From: the human T2T-CHM13v2.0 reference genome, Homo sapiens
Length of the DNA stretch: 64,000 nt
NCBI RefSeq assembly: GCF_009914755.1
Contig: NC_060939.1
Reading direction: 5' to 3' (one strand)
Shown one piece after another: positions 43,680 through 60,619 of the stretch. The notes under the pieces were generated by a model that worked only from the letters and a program-made list of their open reading frames with translations, did not search any database and was not told the origin of the DNA. Position numbers and translations under genes: made by a program. The number at the start of each line of letters is the position of its first letter. Position 1 is the first letter of the stretch.

Positions 43680-44772
43680 TGTTGGGGGCGAAGGAAATTT
43701 TTCACATCTGAAGGTTTGAGTCTGCTGAAATTACCAACAACAGAGAGAATAACAGGAGAAAAGGCATACAAAGGTATTCACATGGTACTGTGCACAGGAG
43801 TCATACAAAACATAAGACTCAAAGAAGGGCCAGACAGTTGACACTCAAATACCCTCTTCATAGCAGAGAAGAAAATAGAAGACATAAGCAATTTTGAGGG
43901 GTAGCAAATGATTTTCAGAAGACGTGAATGAGCTCAAAGAACAGACAATGGTCTGGGACAAAGTTTTCTGAGCTCTGAGGGAGGTGGCAACAAGTTGAAG
44001 GAAGGTGAGGGGCAATAGAACACCAATAGAATAGGTGTTCCCATGAATGGAACAGATGTGGTTCACTTTATAGACAGATAAAGGACTGAAGAAAGAAGAA
44101 ACAACAAAAAACAAGTTGGTCATTTCAAAGTTACTTTCCTTGTAAGGTGGGGCACTGAGACAGAATAATAGAAAGAAAACTGATTGGTTAATATCAGGTT
44201 ACTTCAGGTTACTATTGTAAGAAGAGCAGCAGCCAGGTGTGGTGGTATGTACCTGTAGTCCCAGCTACTGAGGAGGCTGAGGCGGGAGTATTCCTTCAGT
44301 CCAGGAGTTCAAGGCTGCAGTGAGCCATGATCCTGCCACTACATTCCAGCCTGAGCAACGGAAATGAACAAAGACGGTCTTCTTATGCAGATAAAGTCTC
44401 CCAGGTAATCTCAGTTGCCCTGAGAAGAATAGAGGAACAGTCTGTCTGGGCATGATGATGACTTTTAGTCTTTTCTCTTCTCCTTATGGTTAATCTTCAC
44501 TGGTTATTTGATGAGATTCCTAGGGAGGAGGCTTTAGAACAATTGCATTTCTTTGGAAATGCAATTTCTTTTGAAAAAAGTTTTCTTCTGAAAGATAAGG
44601 GAACTTCCAGGGAGAGCCTCTCCCTGTGTTTGGGGGTTGCGAGGACAGAAGAAGTTTAGAAAGTCCTTTATTCTGAGGCAACTTCTAAGCGTTTCCAAGT
44701 TTCTTTAATTCAGAAGTGCTCAGCACACCCCAAAGCCCCATACTTTGAGGTATCGTTCTCTGAGCCCTAACA
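43680..44772 (-). mobile_element. MER31-family LTR carrying a 332-bp foreign insert
   Basis: Minus-strand start tgttagggctcagagaacgatacctcaaagtatgggg, with TSD ttat/ttac. Confidence 0.75.
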
Positions 44773-45159
44773 TTACAAACAGAAATGAAAGGTAATAGAG
44801 AGAGTCCACCACTGGGGGACTTTGCAGGGTTGGAAAACACTACTTCTTCTACATTCCAAACAGAGATGTGACTTTCAAAGGCTTTGAGCAAGGAAGCACC
44901 AGTACAAAGTGACTTTCACTTAGGAAAAGATCAGATTACATATGTTTCAGATAGCACCTATTATTTCAGATAGCCTCAAAGTAACGGCCATTAAATTGAA
45001 AAAGAAAAATTTAGTCAAAAAAGCAGAGAAATAGGCAGCTTTTAGAACTATGCCTCCAGAATAAATACTATTGATGCTTCAGTATTTAAAGGTAGGTGAT
45101 ATTCATCTACCTTTTTTGAGTGTTCCCATTACCTGAAGTTTCACTGTGCTTCTGTTTTC

Positions 45160-45700
45160 AACAGCTGGGATCTGCAACTCTTTTTCACAGGACTGTCCTT
45201 AGGCTTTTGGAACTACTTTGCATGCTTTCACAAGGACTGGAAGTCCCTGGGAAATTATATCCCTCAAGGGCAGTTCTTAACCAATGACTGATAAATGCAG
45301 GAGTATGGAAGCTTTAGCTCCCCCTGTCTTGGGTAGGAACAATTTAGACAAATAACTTACACTCCAGAATTTCCCTGTAGGATCAAGCTGAATATACCCT
45401 CTGTAGGGTTTTACCTACAGCTGTATCCTTGGCTTGTGGGCAAGTTAAACTACTATTTATTCCAGTTCCACAGCCACCCTTCTTGCTTTGTGATGCTGGG
45501 AGCTAGGACTCTACAAAACAAATTTGTGCCTTGCCAGTTGCTGGTAGGCTCTGCCAATAGGGGGAACTAAAGAGGGACTGGAAGACTGGAGGAAGAAGAA
45601 GGGCTTTGCTCCTTCCTGTTTGCCTGTTTTTTCTTCCTGTCTTCATGAATCCAGCAACTTTTCATCACTCCAGCAGTGACCATTCAATCCTGTAACAGAG
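45160..45700 (+). mobile_element. ERVL LTR fragments (LTR16/LTR33-like)
   Basis: Motifs ttaaccaatgactga and ctttgtgatgctgggagctaggactctacaaaac. Confidence 0.5.
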
Positions 45701-45704
45701 GCTC

Positions 45705-47400
<1,696 letters not shown>

Positions 47401-48239
47401 TAACATTCTCCCAGCTTTTTTTGTTCTTGGGTCAGTCAGATGCAGAGGATCGACCAGAGTATTCTGAGCTCTAGAAGACATGGGAGCTACTGCAAAGAAG
47501 TAACCTGAGGTTTCTGAACGGTTGATGGAATAGAAATATCTCCCCCACCAAAATCAGAGGATTGCTCTGAACCATGAGGTGCATAGAAAATAAACCTTAT
47601 TATCTTAAGCCAGTAAGAATTTTTGGTAATTTGTTTTAGTACCTAGTGTTAGTTATCCAAATACAATGTCATTGAATTTTCCTGTGATACTGACTTTTAT
47701 CTATGTGGCCATGATTTCTGAATTTATACTTTCAAACCACATCCCTCTCCAAAGCATCAGAGCCATATATCTTATCACAAACTTGAAAACTCCTTGTAAC
47801 TATCCCACAGGACCTAAAAGCTCAACATTTCTAGAACTAATTATGCTTCTTTCTCTTTTTCTTTCTGTATTCCATTTTGTTGAATCATGTCACCACTCCT
47901 TCAGTTATCCAACTCTGAAAACTGAGAGTAAACCTCATCTTCTCTTTCTCTAACCCACTGTAACCAAGTGACCCTGTACCATGTTCTGAAGAGTCTACCT
48001 TCTTTGTATTTCCCCAACACTTACTTTACTCTCAATTCCTAGTTATTCTATAATATCTCGCTTGAATTACTACAAAAATATTTTATTGTATATTCTTGCA
48101 ATTAATTCCTTCCAGTGTCACAGGAACAACTTTTCAGAAAGCAAATATAAGTGTGTAATATCCATACTTCAAATATATATTAACCATTTTCATAGTCCTT
48201 GAGATAAACTTCATACATAAAATTACATACATGGTGCGT

Positions 48240-50415
48240 TAGACACTATGGATTGCCCACTTTAATGTCCCTCCATTCTCCTAATAGGAGATGATGGAAA
48301 TCTAAAAAAAATTAAAATAAAAAAATAAACAAACAAAAAAACCCTAAATTCCCCATACAGTAGTGCCACCGGAGCACCAGATGTAGTAGATTCTGCCAAT
48401 TTGATGTGCTACCACCAGGTTTGGAAGATAAAAATGAGGTAGAAGTGATATTCTGTTGTTGTTGCTATTGGCAAGCAAAGTTATGAAGATGTTGGTGTTA
48501 AGAGGCAATTACAGTAGTTAAACTTGGAGTCCTGATATCCATTCACCAGCTTCATGGATGTAAGAGGCAACTGATGCAGCCTCAATGGTAACAGCAGCAG
48601 TGGCTTCCTGAATCCTAGATCTCAGCTATGAAGTTATAGCAGCCCCTTGATTTCTATTCTTCCATCTTTTCTGCCAATGTTATATTTCCCCGAATTAAAT
48701 ACTTTTCTATATGAAATACCTATTTTCTCTTTCTCCTACATTATAACTTGACCAATTAACATTACATAACATACAAGGCTTGGCCAGGCACCATGGCTCA
48801 CATCTGTAATCCTAACACTTTGGGAGGCCGAGGCGGGTGGATCACCTGATGTCAAGAGTTCGAAACCAGCCTGGGCAACATGGTGAAACCTCGTCTCTAC
48901 TAAAAATACAAAAATTAGCTGGGCATGGTGGTGGGTGCCTGTAATCCCAGCTACTCAGGAGGCTGATGCAGGAGAATCACTTGAACCCAGGAGGCAGAGT
49001 TTTCAGTGGGCCAAGATTGCACCATTGTACTCCAGCCTGGGCCACAGAGCAAACACTCCGTCTCAAAAAAACAAAAAGTGGCTTTCATGATGTATCTCCT
49101 ATTTCTTTCACCAACAATTTCATGACACTTTTCCATGACCGCTCCGTACACATCCATCCCCATACGTTGTATTTAAGCTGTGCTAAACTATTGCACATCC
49201 ACAAGTGTGCCATTTTCTCATGACTCTTTCTATTTCAAAGGCCATTTTTACCCTTTGTCAACTCTCTAACTCCTCCTTATTCTTTAAGATTCAACTTGAA
49301 CCTAATCTATCTACTCTGGGAAGATTTTCCTGATACCTCTGCCTCCATCTGTGTGCTTGTAATGGAAATTCCTCATTCTTACTTTTTGCCACACGGCATC
49401 TGAGTCCCCTACCTATGTTTGAGATGTTGCTATTATGAGATGGAGGCTTCCGTCTCTTTAAAAACTGAAAAAGCCAAATGCTTGCTTTCCCACATCCCTT
49501 GTAATCAGGGCGTGCATGTGATCTAGGATCTGCCAATCAAATATATATGTCCCAGATTTTGAATTAGAAGCTAATGGCATGAAAAAGAGCATTTTTTTGC
49601 AGAACTCTGACAATGTATAGCAACAAAGAAGGCAGCTAAAATCAATTTTTAGAGGCAATAGTGCCAGTAGTTATAGCAACAGAGTTGTATTAGTGGTGTG
49701 GGTAGTTATAGTGGGAGTGTCTGTGCTACTGGCAATAACAGTGGTGTCCTCTCCAGCCTAGTTTTGTGTGATTTTGGAAGTTGTACCTGGTTGCATAGTC
49801 TCTGGGACTGGTTTTTAGACCTTTCAAGAGACTTTATGTACTAACCAATAGCTCCTTAATAAATTCCTTTTCTGCTTAAATACTCCAAAATCTGTTTCTA
49901 CTGGTTATAACCAAGAGCTTTGAGTTATATAATCCCGCTCTGCTTTTTCCAATTGCACTGTGTATGTGTGAGTTTGGATTATTGTTCAGCAAATATTTGC
50001 TCCTATAGACTCCAATTATAGTTTCTTTCCTGCCCTATTGACATTAGTCTTGATCATATGTTTTGGGTTTTGGCCAATGGGATGTCAGCATCTGTAATTC
50101 AGTGGTTTGACATATGCTGTGTGCTTGAGCTTGCCCTCCTATTCCAGTTATGAGAAGAGTATTTCCCTGGTTGCTGCTGATTATTCAGCCTAGTCCCTGA
50201 GTGAGACACATGGAACAGACCACATACCCCAGGCACCTTCTGGTCCAAAGACGAGGAACATATGGAGCTGACCTAAACCCAAGCTGTATCCTGGAGCCCA
50301 AAACCCAGGGGTTGGAGTCTTACCTATCTAGCCCACAGACTTATGACCTAGAGAATACAATTGCTATTTTAAATCACTGCATTCTTATGCAGTATTGTGT
50401 CCATAGCTGACTAAT
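48240..50415 (+). mobile_element. Cluster of old ERVL/MaLR LTR fragments
   Basis: LTR-type 3' ends (aataaattccttttctgcttaa...gtttct; ttttaaatcactgcatt...gctgactaataca). Confidence 0.5.
48782..49077 (+). repeat. AluS
   Basis: Alu consensus. Confidence 0.92.
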
Positions 50416-52643
50416 ACAGTATGTAATTATTATTAATAGTTACAGCCATAGCCAGCCTGTATTATAATTATTGGTTTATTGGTCTGTTGCTCTCTACTAG
50501 ACTGTAAGTTTGTTGTGAGTGGAGACTGTGTCTTATTGGTCTTTACATTTTAATGCTTATTACAAAACCTACACCAAGACTCCGTGAATGTTTGACAAAT
50601 GCATAAACAAATGAAGGAATAAATGGCAAGCATTCTTTGCATTTTTCGATCTATTGCACCACTATAGGAGCCGTGTAGGACAATATGTCTGTATTAAAAT
50701 ATTTCTTCTGCTGCCAAAGTATGGTAAAATTGATTAGATTGAGGTGGATTGAATTATAGCATAGCAATACATTCATCTTTTCCTGAGACTATTCTCTTTT
50801 TATCTTGTGTGAAGTTTTGGGCACTCCTCAATCAGGTAAAAACACAGGACCAGCTCATAATAAATATGCTCAATGAATTTCATTTTAACTTGCTTTCCAG
50901 AATTCCTTAGTTACTGATTTACACACAGACCCTTCTGCTTCTTTATAGATAGTTGGTTACTTCTATTATGTACAGAGTCTACTAGTTTTACTCTCAAATA
51001 TTAGATTAATTTCTTTGCTATCAATTTGGGCTTATCTTTAGTATCTCATTATTGCTTTCATGTACCAAATACCTAACCCATAGCTGAGACATAATAAAAG
51101 TTTGTTAAATCAATTTGGCATTTGTTATATTAATAGTCTCCAGAGTATGTAAAATTTTGATGCAATCATTTTGACTAGGGTACATTTTGGTACAGACTAA
51201 AATAGAAACTCTTATACTTTTTTTTTCTTATTTTGTCATAATGTGCAAAATGACTGTTTTCAGCCCATTCCTGAGCCTCCTGCAATTACTGACATCCTCA
51301 GCTAGGGTGAAGATCAGAAATGTGATGAAGCTCAGGAATGAAGTGAGTATAAGGAATGAGGTATAAACAATAAAAATTAATTTATATTTTGTCATAACCG
51401 TGGCCATTTTGATGAGTCTGTAACTACAGCAAAGTGACTATGTCAGAAACAGAATTGAAAGCTATGCGTACATCCTGTCTCCCTACGTTTAAGCCCTAAA
51501 GCAGTAGTAGTAAGGTACTGGACCATAAATAGATATGTTGTCTATAATGCAGAAAGTCAATCAATTTCTTGGGAAAGCAAAACTGCTTGAATTAAAACCA
51601 GAAAATAATTTCTCTATTGGGTCATTACAGGCAAGATTCTATGTATGGTATGTCTTAATCCAGAGGTAGATTTTCTTGTATCCAGAAAAATGAATGAATT
51701 GCAAATCCTTCCAATGGCCCTCTTTCAGCTGAGCTTTTAAAATACAGTGAACAGCTCTGAATTTGAGATTAACTCTCCTGAGAAATACCTAGAAAACATC
51801 TATTCATCGTCACTAATTAAGTACAGAGCCTTATGTTTTAATAATTAGCAGAGCTGGGGGGGTAGCATTGACATTTTCTGGCAAAGATTAAAACATAAAA
51901 AAAGCTACATGGATAGAAAGTCACTCCACCTGGTACTTGGAGTTGTGCCAAAGAAATAAAGTACTAGGAATAAGGATGAGATTGTCTTCAGAAAGTAATG
52001 TGTGTCCCCTCTGAATTACAGACAAATGAGTTACTGATGTTTCAGAGTTCCACATCATAAAACATGGCAGCAATAATTTTAGTATGGAAAATGTTAAATA
52101 CCATTACCACCCTTTAACAATAAAATTTGTATACTAAAATATCTGTAGAGCATCAAGATGTTAATTTCTTATTATAGAATGGCCCACCTGAAACTTGCCT
52201 GCTTTTTGAACTTAATATTGGCCCAAGATGGCTACAGTTGAAATTTATCAAGTATGAAAGTGGAATTTTAAATGACATATTAAATAAGCAACACATAAAT
52301 GAAGCTTCAAATTTGTAGATGATGAGTGGAATAGTGTTTTTAAAATGGAATAGCCTGTGTTGCAAACATTTGAGATCTATAGTGAGATGGACAAGTCATC
52401 TGAAATGAGTTTCTTCATTAGTTCTGGAACATCCCTAGTCATTATTTCTTAAAGTGTTTCCTCTGCTCCTTTCTCTCCTTCCTCTTCTTTTATAACGCTG
52501 ATTTAAAAATGTTAGATTCCCCCACTCTCCTCCATGTCTCCTAACTTTTCTTATATATTTTCTTTTTTGTCTATTTATGCTACATTCTGCATAATTTCTT
52601 AATATATATGTCTTCTAATTTGCTGTTATATTTATCCACTGAT

Positions 52644-52769
52644 TTTTTTTTAGGAGACAGAGTCTCACTACGTTGCCCAGACTGGACTCAAGCTCTAGGG
52701 CTCAGGCAATCCTCCCACCTCAGCCTCCCAAATAGCTGAGATTACAGGCACATACCACCAAGCCCAGCC
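52644..52769 (-). repeat. FLAM Alu monomer
   Basis: Monomer with TSD tccactgatttt. Confidence 0.8.
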
Positions 52770-53259
52770 TGTCCACTGATTTTTAATTTTTTCATTTTTT
52801 ATATTTATTTCTATACAATACCATTGGTTCTTTTCAAATGTGGTCACTTGTTAGAGTATTTTGATGTTTTAAATTGTAAATAGGCTCTGTCTGATAATTC
52901 ATGTATCTGCTAAATTTCGTGTGTATATTTTTTCTCATGAGATCTTTTCTGTTTGTGTGTGTGTATGTGCATGTGCACATGTGTGTTTTACTGTACACTG
53001 ATTAGTGTCCCTAAAATATTATGTAAAGGAATTCTTCGAGGCCTAGGATGAAGGTTACCTTCTTTCAGTGAGGATTTTCCTCTACCAGTCAGAACCACAT
53101 TATCCAACTTCATGGTTTCATGTTCCCTGACTATCCAAACCAGCTCTGTAATTCTTGGTGGGGCACAACTTTTCAGGGAGGAGTTCTCTCCTTTTCTTTT
53201 TTCATCCGTTCTTCTCAGTGTTAAGGCAACATTCACCTCTACCCCTGGGAGTATGGGAG

Positions 53260-53951
<692 letters not shown>

Positions 53952-54626
53952 GTATATTTCAGGTTTTCTTTTACTCTGAGGGTGACACCCCTTTGGGGTG
54001 CTAGCTCAGTTAGGGAGGGGTCATCTTGTAGGATCCCCTCCTTGGATAGGCCCTGGGTACATCTGCTAAAACCAAGGTTCAAATCTGTCCAGATCAACAA
54101 GTTCCCTCAGAGAAAAGGCATCTTCAGTGCATTCGTGCTCAGCTTATCTCTCCAGATTCCAGTGTTTTCTTAGATTTTGGCCCGTAATTCCTTACTACCT
54201 TGACAGTTCTACAATGCTTCTGAGAAAAAAATTAATATTTTTTCCAACATTTTTAGTTTTTTCAGCAGGAGGATTCAGAATAGAAATAAAATACATAACT
54301 TTAAAATGAAGAGAGGAGATAAAAGGGAATGAAGAAAAATTGATCACGGAAGACAAAAAAGAAACACAAACTAAAAGCATGGTAAATAAAAAAAAAAACT
54401 AAAATAGAAATGAATCCAAGTTGCAAAATGATTCATTCAGTATGATACCATTTATATAAAATTTGTTAAAACATAAAATAAAATCACATAGAATGTATTA
54501 AAATATTCATGATAATGAACATACCAACTTCAGTAGAAATGCTAGTTCAACAGAAAGGAAAGGATGAAAGGGAAGAAATGGAGAACTTTATTGTATTCAT
54601 TTTGTTTATCTAAAAGGAGAGAGTGA

Positions 54627-55002
<376 letters not shown>

Positions 55003-55370
55003 TTACATTATTGTTTGTATTTTTCAGTATGTTTGAAATGTTTCCTAATTTAAAATATTTTAAATAAAACTTGATTCAGTGTGTTAAAAGTTTAAAGGAG
55101 AAAGTCATATGATCAACTTAGTAGATGCCAAAATTATTTAATAAAATTCAACATCCATCCCTAAGGGGATTGGGAAGCAACCTTAGTAAAATAGCAATCG
55201 AATGAATGTTCTGTATAATTTTTATTGGCTCTGGAGAAATGCTAAGAGAGCACTAGGAGATTCAGACTTCAACTTTTCCATTTTAAACAAACTTGTGAAA
55301 ACAAAGTTGTGAAACTCTTGGCAAATACAATAGTTCAAGAGAAGGAGCAGAATGGCTAAGTTACATGCAA

Positions 55371-55458
55371 GTCCAGGACTAGGGTGAAACCAGAGAAGAA
55401 CCTAGGATGCAATTTAAAGGAGACAGTCTCCTCAGTCATCTCACTCCAGTCCTGGGCC
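55371..55458. mobile_element. MER96-like hAT MITE
   Basis: Inverted termini gtccaggactagggtga / tcactccagtcctgggc. Confidence 0.55.
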
Positions 55459-56900
55459 ACATGGCAGGTGTTATGTTTAACTTTTTAAGAAACTGCTGCA
55501 TCCTTACCAATACTTAGTATGATCAATCTTTTTAAATTTTAGACATTCTAATAAATGCATATATGGCTTAAAATTTTGCTTGTTCCTAATGACTAATGAT
55601 ACTGAGCATTTTTTCATGTATTTATTTGCCATCCATATATCTTCTTTGGTAAAGTGTGTGTTCAAATGTTTTACCCATTTTTTATTGGATATTTTTAAAT
55701 ATTTAGATTTTGAGAAATCTCTATATATTATGAATACAAGTCTTTTATCTAATATATGACTTGAAATTATTATTTCTGGTCTGTGGCTTGTCTTTTCTTT
55801 CTCAGAACGGTGTCTTTCAAAGAGCAAAAGCCCTTAACTTTTTGGTATAATTTATCATATTTTTTAATGACTCACACTTTGGGTGATGATGTGTCTTTAC
55901 ATAAGCCAAAATCACAAATATTTTCTCCTGCTTTCTTCTAGAAATATTATAGTTTTAGGTTTTAGATGTAAGTCTATGATCTATTTTGAATGAATTTTTG
56001 AATATGTTTGTATATGGTGCAAGATATGAATTGAGGATATTTATTTATATACTTATTGAATATGGATATCCAATTATTCCAGAATCATTTGCTGATAACC
56101 TTTCTCCATTGCAATGCCTTTGAATCTTTGTCAAAAATCAATTGATCATATATATGTAGGTCCATTTGTGGATTCTCCACTCTGTGTGGTTGATCTGTCT
56201 GTCTATATTTTTACCAATATCATACTCTCCTGATTAAAATAGCTTTATTTATCATACTCTGTTGACTAAAATAGCTTTACTAAAAGTTTTGAAATCAGGT
56301 AGTGTTGGCCTTCCAATTTTTTTCTTTTTTGCAAAGTTGTTCTGGCTCTTCTAGGTCCAGGGTATTTTCATATGAATGAAAAAATCAGACTGTTAATTTG
56401 GTCAATAAAAGTCTGCTGGGATTTTGAATGAGATTACATGGAATCTATAGATCAATTTGGGAGACAATTGGCATCTTAACAACATTGAGCTTTCATTTCC
56501 ATAAATGTGGTTTATTTTTTCCTTTATTTGGGTCATTAATTTCTAGTAGCAATATTTTAGTCTTTTTAGTGGACAGGTCTTACCCATGCAATGTCAGATT
56601 TTTTTATATGTATTTCATGTTTTCGATGCCACTGTAAATAGTAATTTCTTAAATTTCAGTTTCAATTGTTTGTTGCTAATATGTAGAAATAAAATTATTT
56701 TTTTAAAAAAATTTACCTTGTAACCTGTAACCTTGCTAAAGTCACTTACTAGCTCTACCAGCTTTTTTGTAGAGTCCATGGGATATTCTACATACATGAT
56801 CATATGGTCTGCAAATACAGTTTTAGTTTTTCCTTCCCAATATGGATGCCTTTCTTTCATTTTTTTACATTATTGTACTAATGGTGAATAGAAGCAGTGA

Positions 56901-57222
<322 letters not shown>

Positions 57223-60200
57223 TGACAGTGTACATTCTTCTATGGCTTCTGATCTCAGAAGATAGAAACAAAACATTTAGCTTTTTATCTATAGGGTTTT
57301 TTGTCAATGTCCTTTATCAGGATGAGTAGATTTCCTTCTATTTCTCATTTGCTGAGAGTTTTTATCATGAGTGGATGCTAGATTTTGTCAAATGTTCTTA
57401 TTGCAACTATTGAGATTATCATTTTTTCTTTTTTAGTCTGTCAAAATAGTGAATTACATTGACTGATTTTCAAATGTTAAGTCAGCCTGGTATTCCTGAG
57501 ATAGACCTTTTTTGGTTCTTTTTATATACTGTTGGATTTGATTTGTTAAATTTTTAAAAATATGTTTACATCAAACTTTATGAGGGGGATTGGTCTGTGG
57601 TTTTCCTTTCTTAATAATATCTTTGACTGATTTTGGGGATCACGGTAATTCCGGCCTCACAGAATAAGTTGGAAGTAGTTCCTCCTGTTTAATTTTTTAG
57701 AAGTGTTTATGTGGAACTGGTATTATTTTCTACCCCAAATATTTGGTAGAATTCACCAATGAAGGCATCTGGGCCTGGATATTTTTTTGTGGGTAAGTTT
57801 TTAAATACAAATTCAATCTTTTAATAGATATGTAGATATTTGTGTTATCTATTTCTTCTTGGATCAGCTTTGGCAGCTCATTTCTTCTTATTACTGAATA
57901 CCTCATTGCATGGATGTACCACAATTTATTTATTCACCTACTGAAGGACATCTTGGTTGCTTCCAGTTTTTTGCAATTACGAAGAAAGCTGCTATAAACA
58001 TTCATATGTGGGTTTTTGTGTGGACACAAGTTTTTAAATCATTTGGATAAATACCTAGGGCACTAAGAGGCTGATTTACTTGCCCAAGGCCATATAATTA
58101 TGGAGCAACACAGACAGAACTTGAACTTGAACAACCTGACCCAGAGTTTATACACCTAACCACTATGCAAAACTGCCTTTCAACATTTGATACAAGTCAG
58201 GCAAACTCACTAAAGGAAGAGTCTGCAAATGAGGGGGCTTGAGTCAGATCTTGGATGAAGACTAACAGTTGATAAATAGAAGTAGAAAGAAACTTTCAAT
58301 GTAGGGTATGGTGAAATGCTACTTAGAAAAGCATAGTGTGGGATAATGGTGATGGTTGCACAACAATGGGAATGTACTATTAAGTTATTCCACTGAATTA
58401 TAAACTTAAAAATAGTTAAAATGATAAATGTCATTATGTGTATTTTACCGTAGTTTTCTAAAAAGTGTGTATGTTGGGTTTTGGGTGCAGGAGTAAATTA
58501 TTCTGATTAAAGTTTTATTAGGGAAACAAAAGGAGATGAATATGTAAATTTAGAATAAAATCAGTATGAACTGTTAATTATATTCTACAGTCTAGGAGAA
58601 TCTGAAAATTTTGCAAGGTGGAATGGACATGAAATCTACAATTTCAAAGTGTTAACCTGTGCTATATAAAAAATGTATAGAAGTCTCATACAACATAGAT
58701 TATGACAAGGGACAAGGCTGGAGAGAACAGGTTCTCTGTTGTTAAGAGAATGAACTCAATTCAATCTAGATGCATTTATATATGCATTATTTCATTTCCT
58801 CTAACAACAGCTTTATAAGGTGGATATTACTGTCTGTTATCTATTTCTTCTTGGATAAGCTTTGGCAGTTTGTATCTTTCAAGGAATCTGTCCATTTCAT
58901 CTAAGTTGTCAGATTTATTGGCATAAAGTTGTTCACAATATTCTTTTTATCCTTTTAATATCTGACTAATATCTTTTTAATATCTTGACTAATCTATAGT
59001 CAAGGAAGCTAAGACTTATGCACATTTGTATTACGTAAAAGTGCAGTAATTAAAAACCAGATCTCTTAATTTCAAATCCAGTGGGATTCAAAATGGGTAG
59101 CTGAAATTGAAATAACATGGACTGAAGAATCATACAGACCTTTGAATCCTGGTTCTGTCTTATTAGCTATGTGGCTTTGAGAAGATTATTTAGCTTGTCT
59201 GAGCCTCAATTTTCTCATCTGCTAAAGTGTGATGAAAATAGCCATCTCCTATGAATTAAATTCTACATACATAAAGTGCTAAGTACATAGCACCCAAGAA
59301 GTGTTCAATAATTGTTAATCCACTTTCTTCCTCCTAAATCTCTGACGTTTATCTGACATTTATTTTGTAGAATATATGTGAATCAAGTTATTTGTTGATT
59401 GGTGATATTTAAAACTTCTTATTTGTAAATTTAGGCTTTCCTGCATTGACAAATGATAAATTTTCACACATTAATCTCTTTCTGGCTAGAAGAAAAGCAC
59501 ATTTTACTAATTAAAGGCAAAAAATTCCAAAGAAAAATTATGAACATGGTTTGGAAACTCATGTACATATTTATTTAACACCATTTCATATCTTTAAGAA
59601 GGCTTTTGGAAACTTATTTAGAAAACTGAAAGTCCTTGAATACCAAGTAGTTTAACAGGAATTTTTTAATGAGTTAAGTGTAAATGAATCAAAAACACAT
59701 GAATTCTATTTTCTGTAAATAACACATGGTTTTGAAACTGAAAACATACTTGGGAAAAAAATGTGTCCTGTGTATTATTAAATTAAAACTCTTTAAAAAT
59801 GGTGCTCCCCAAAATGAGGCAAGCTTCATTTAAATTCTAGAGTGCTATGGGTTGAAGTTCTCTTGGAGAGATCACAGCATATTTTATATGTTTGATTTTG
59901 AGATAAGATTACTTTAGGATAGTGTCCAAGGCTCCATCTGATGAGATGTTTTAGGTATTTCCATTTTCACAAGGGGTAGAATTAATCTTTTTTTTTTCTG
60001 GACAAAAGAGAAAGCAATTGTGTTCATCAACATAAAATGTTCACATGGAAGTAACCCTAGGACCTCAGACATGAGAGTATTGGGGTGGGAATGAGTGGAG
60101 AAGTATTGGTGAAATGTAGCGCCACAATTTCCCAGGATGAATAATTTATTCTGTCAGAAAGGCAGGAGAACTAATCAGCTAAATTTTCATCAACATATTA

Positions 60201-60619
60201 AAGCTTTTCACTAACATTGCCAAGTAATATGTGTCTCCAAATATTTTAGATACACTGTGCCTATGATTTCCTCTCTCTCTCTCTTTCGCTCTCTAGCTCT
60301 GTCTCTGTTTTTATTAGAAGGAGACAGCTACCACATCTGGGATCCAGATGAGGCAATCATAATTTTAATATTACTGTTCTTCTGGTTGGAATCATCCAAT
60401 TCCTTCCTCTGGTATTCAGAAGAATTTCCACTGATTTGAAGTAGGAGACATTGCCTTTTATTATTTGCTGTCCTTCTCTCCTTTCAGATGGTAAAACTGA
60501 CTACATTTTGTTAAATGTACAAACTACATTTGTGGAAACTGACTGCATTTGTGAAATAAAAACATGCAGATAAAATTGCTTTGGAATAAAACATATGTTT
60601 GTGCAGTGAAATGGGCCCT

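Noticed and set aside
50700-52400. Long unique AT-rich stretch as a hidden gene or RNA gene
   Set aside because: No credible ORF, splice architecture or recognisable structured-RNA motif. Conservation cannot be judged from sequence alone.
56219-56278. ~31-bp tandem duplication atcatactct...aaaatagcttta (similar small ones near 58960 and 60900)
   Set aside because: Ordinary slippage duplications in old L1 sequence, not an array or a CRISPR-like structure.
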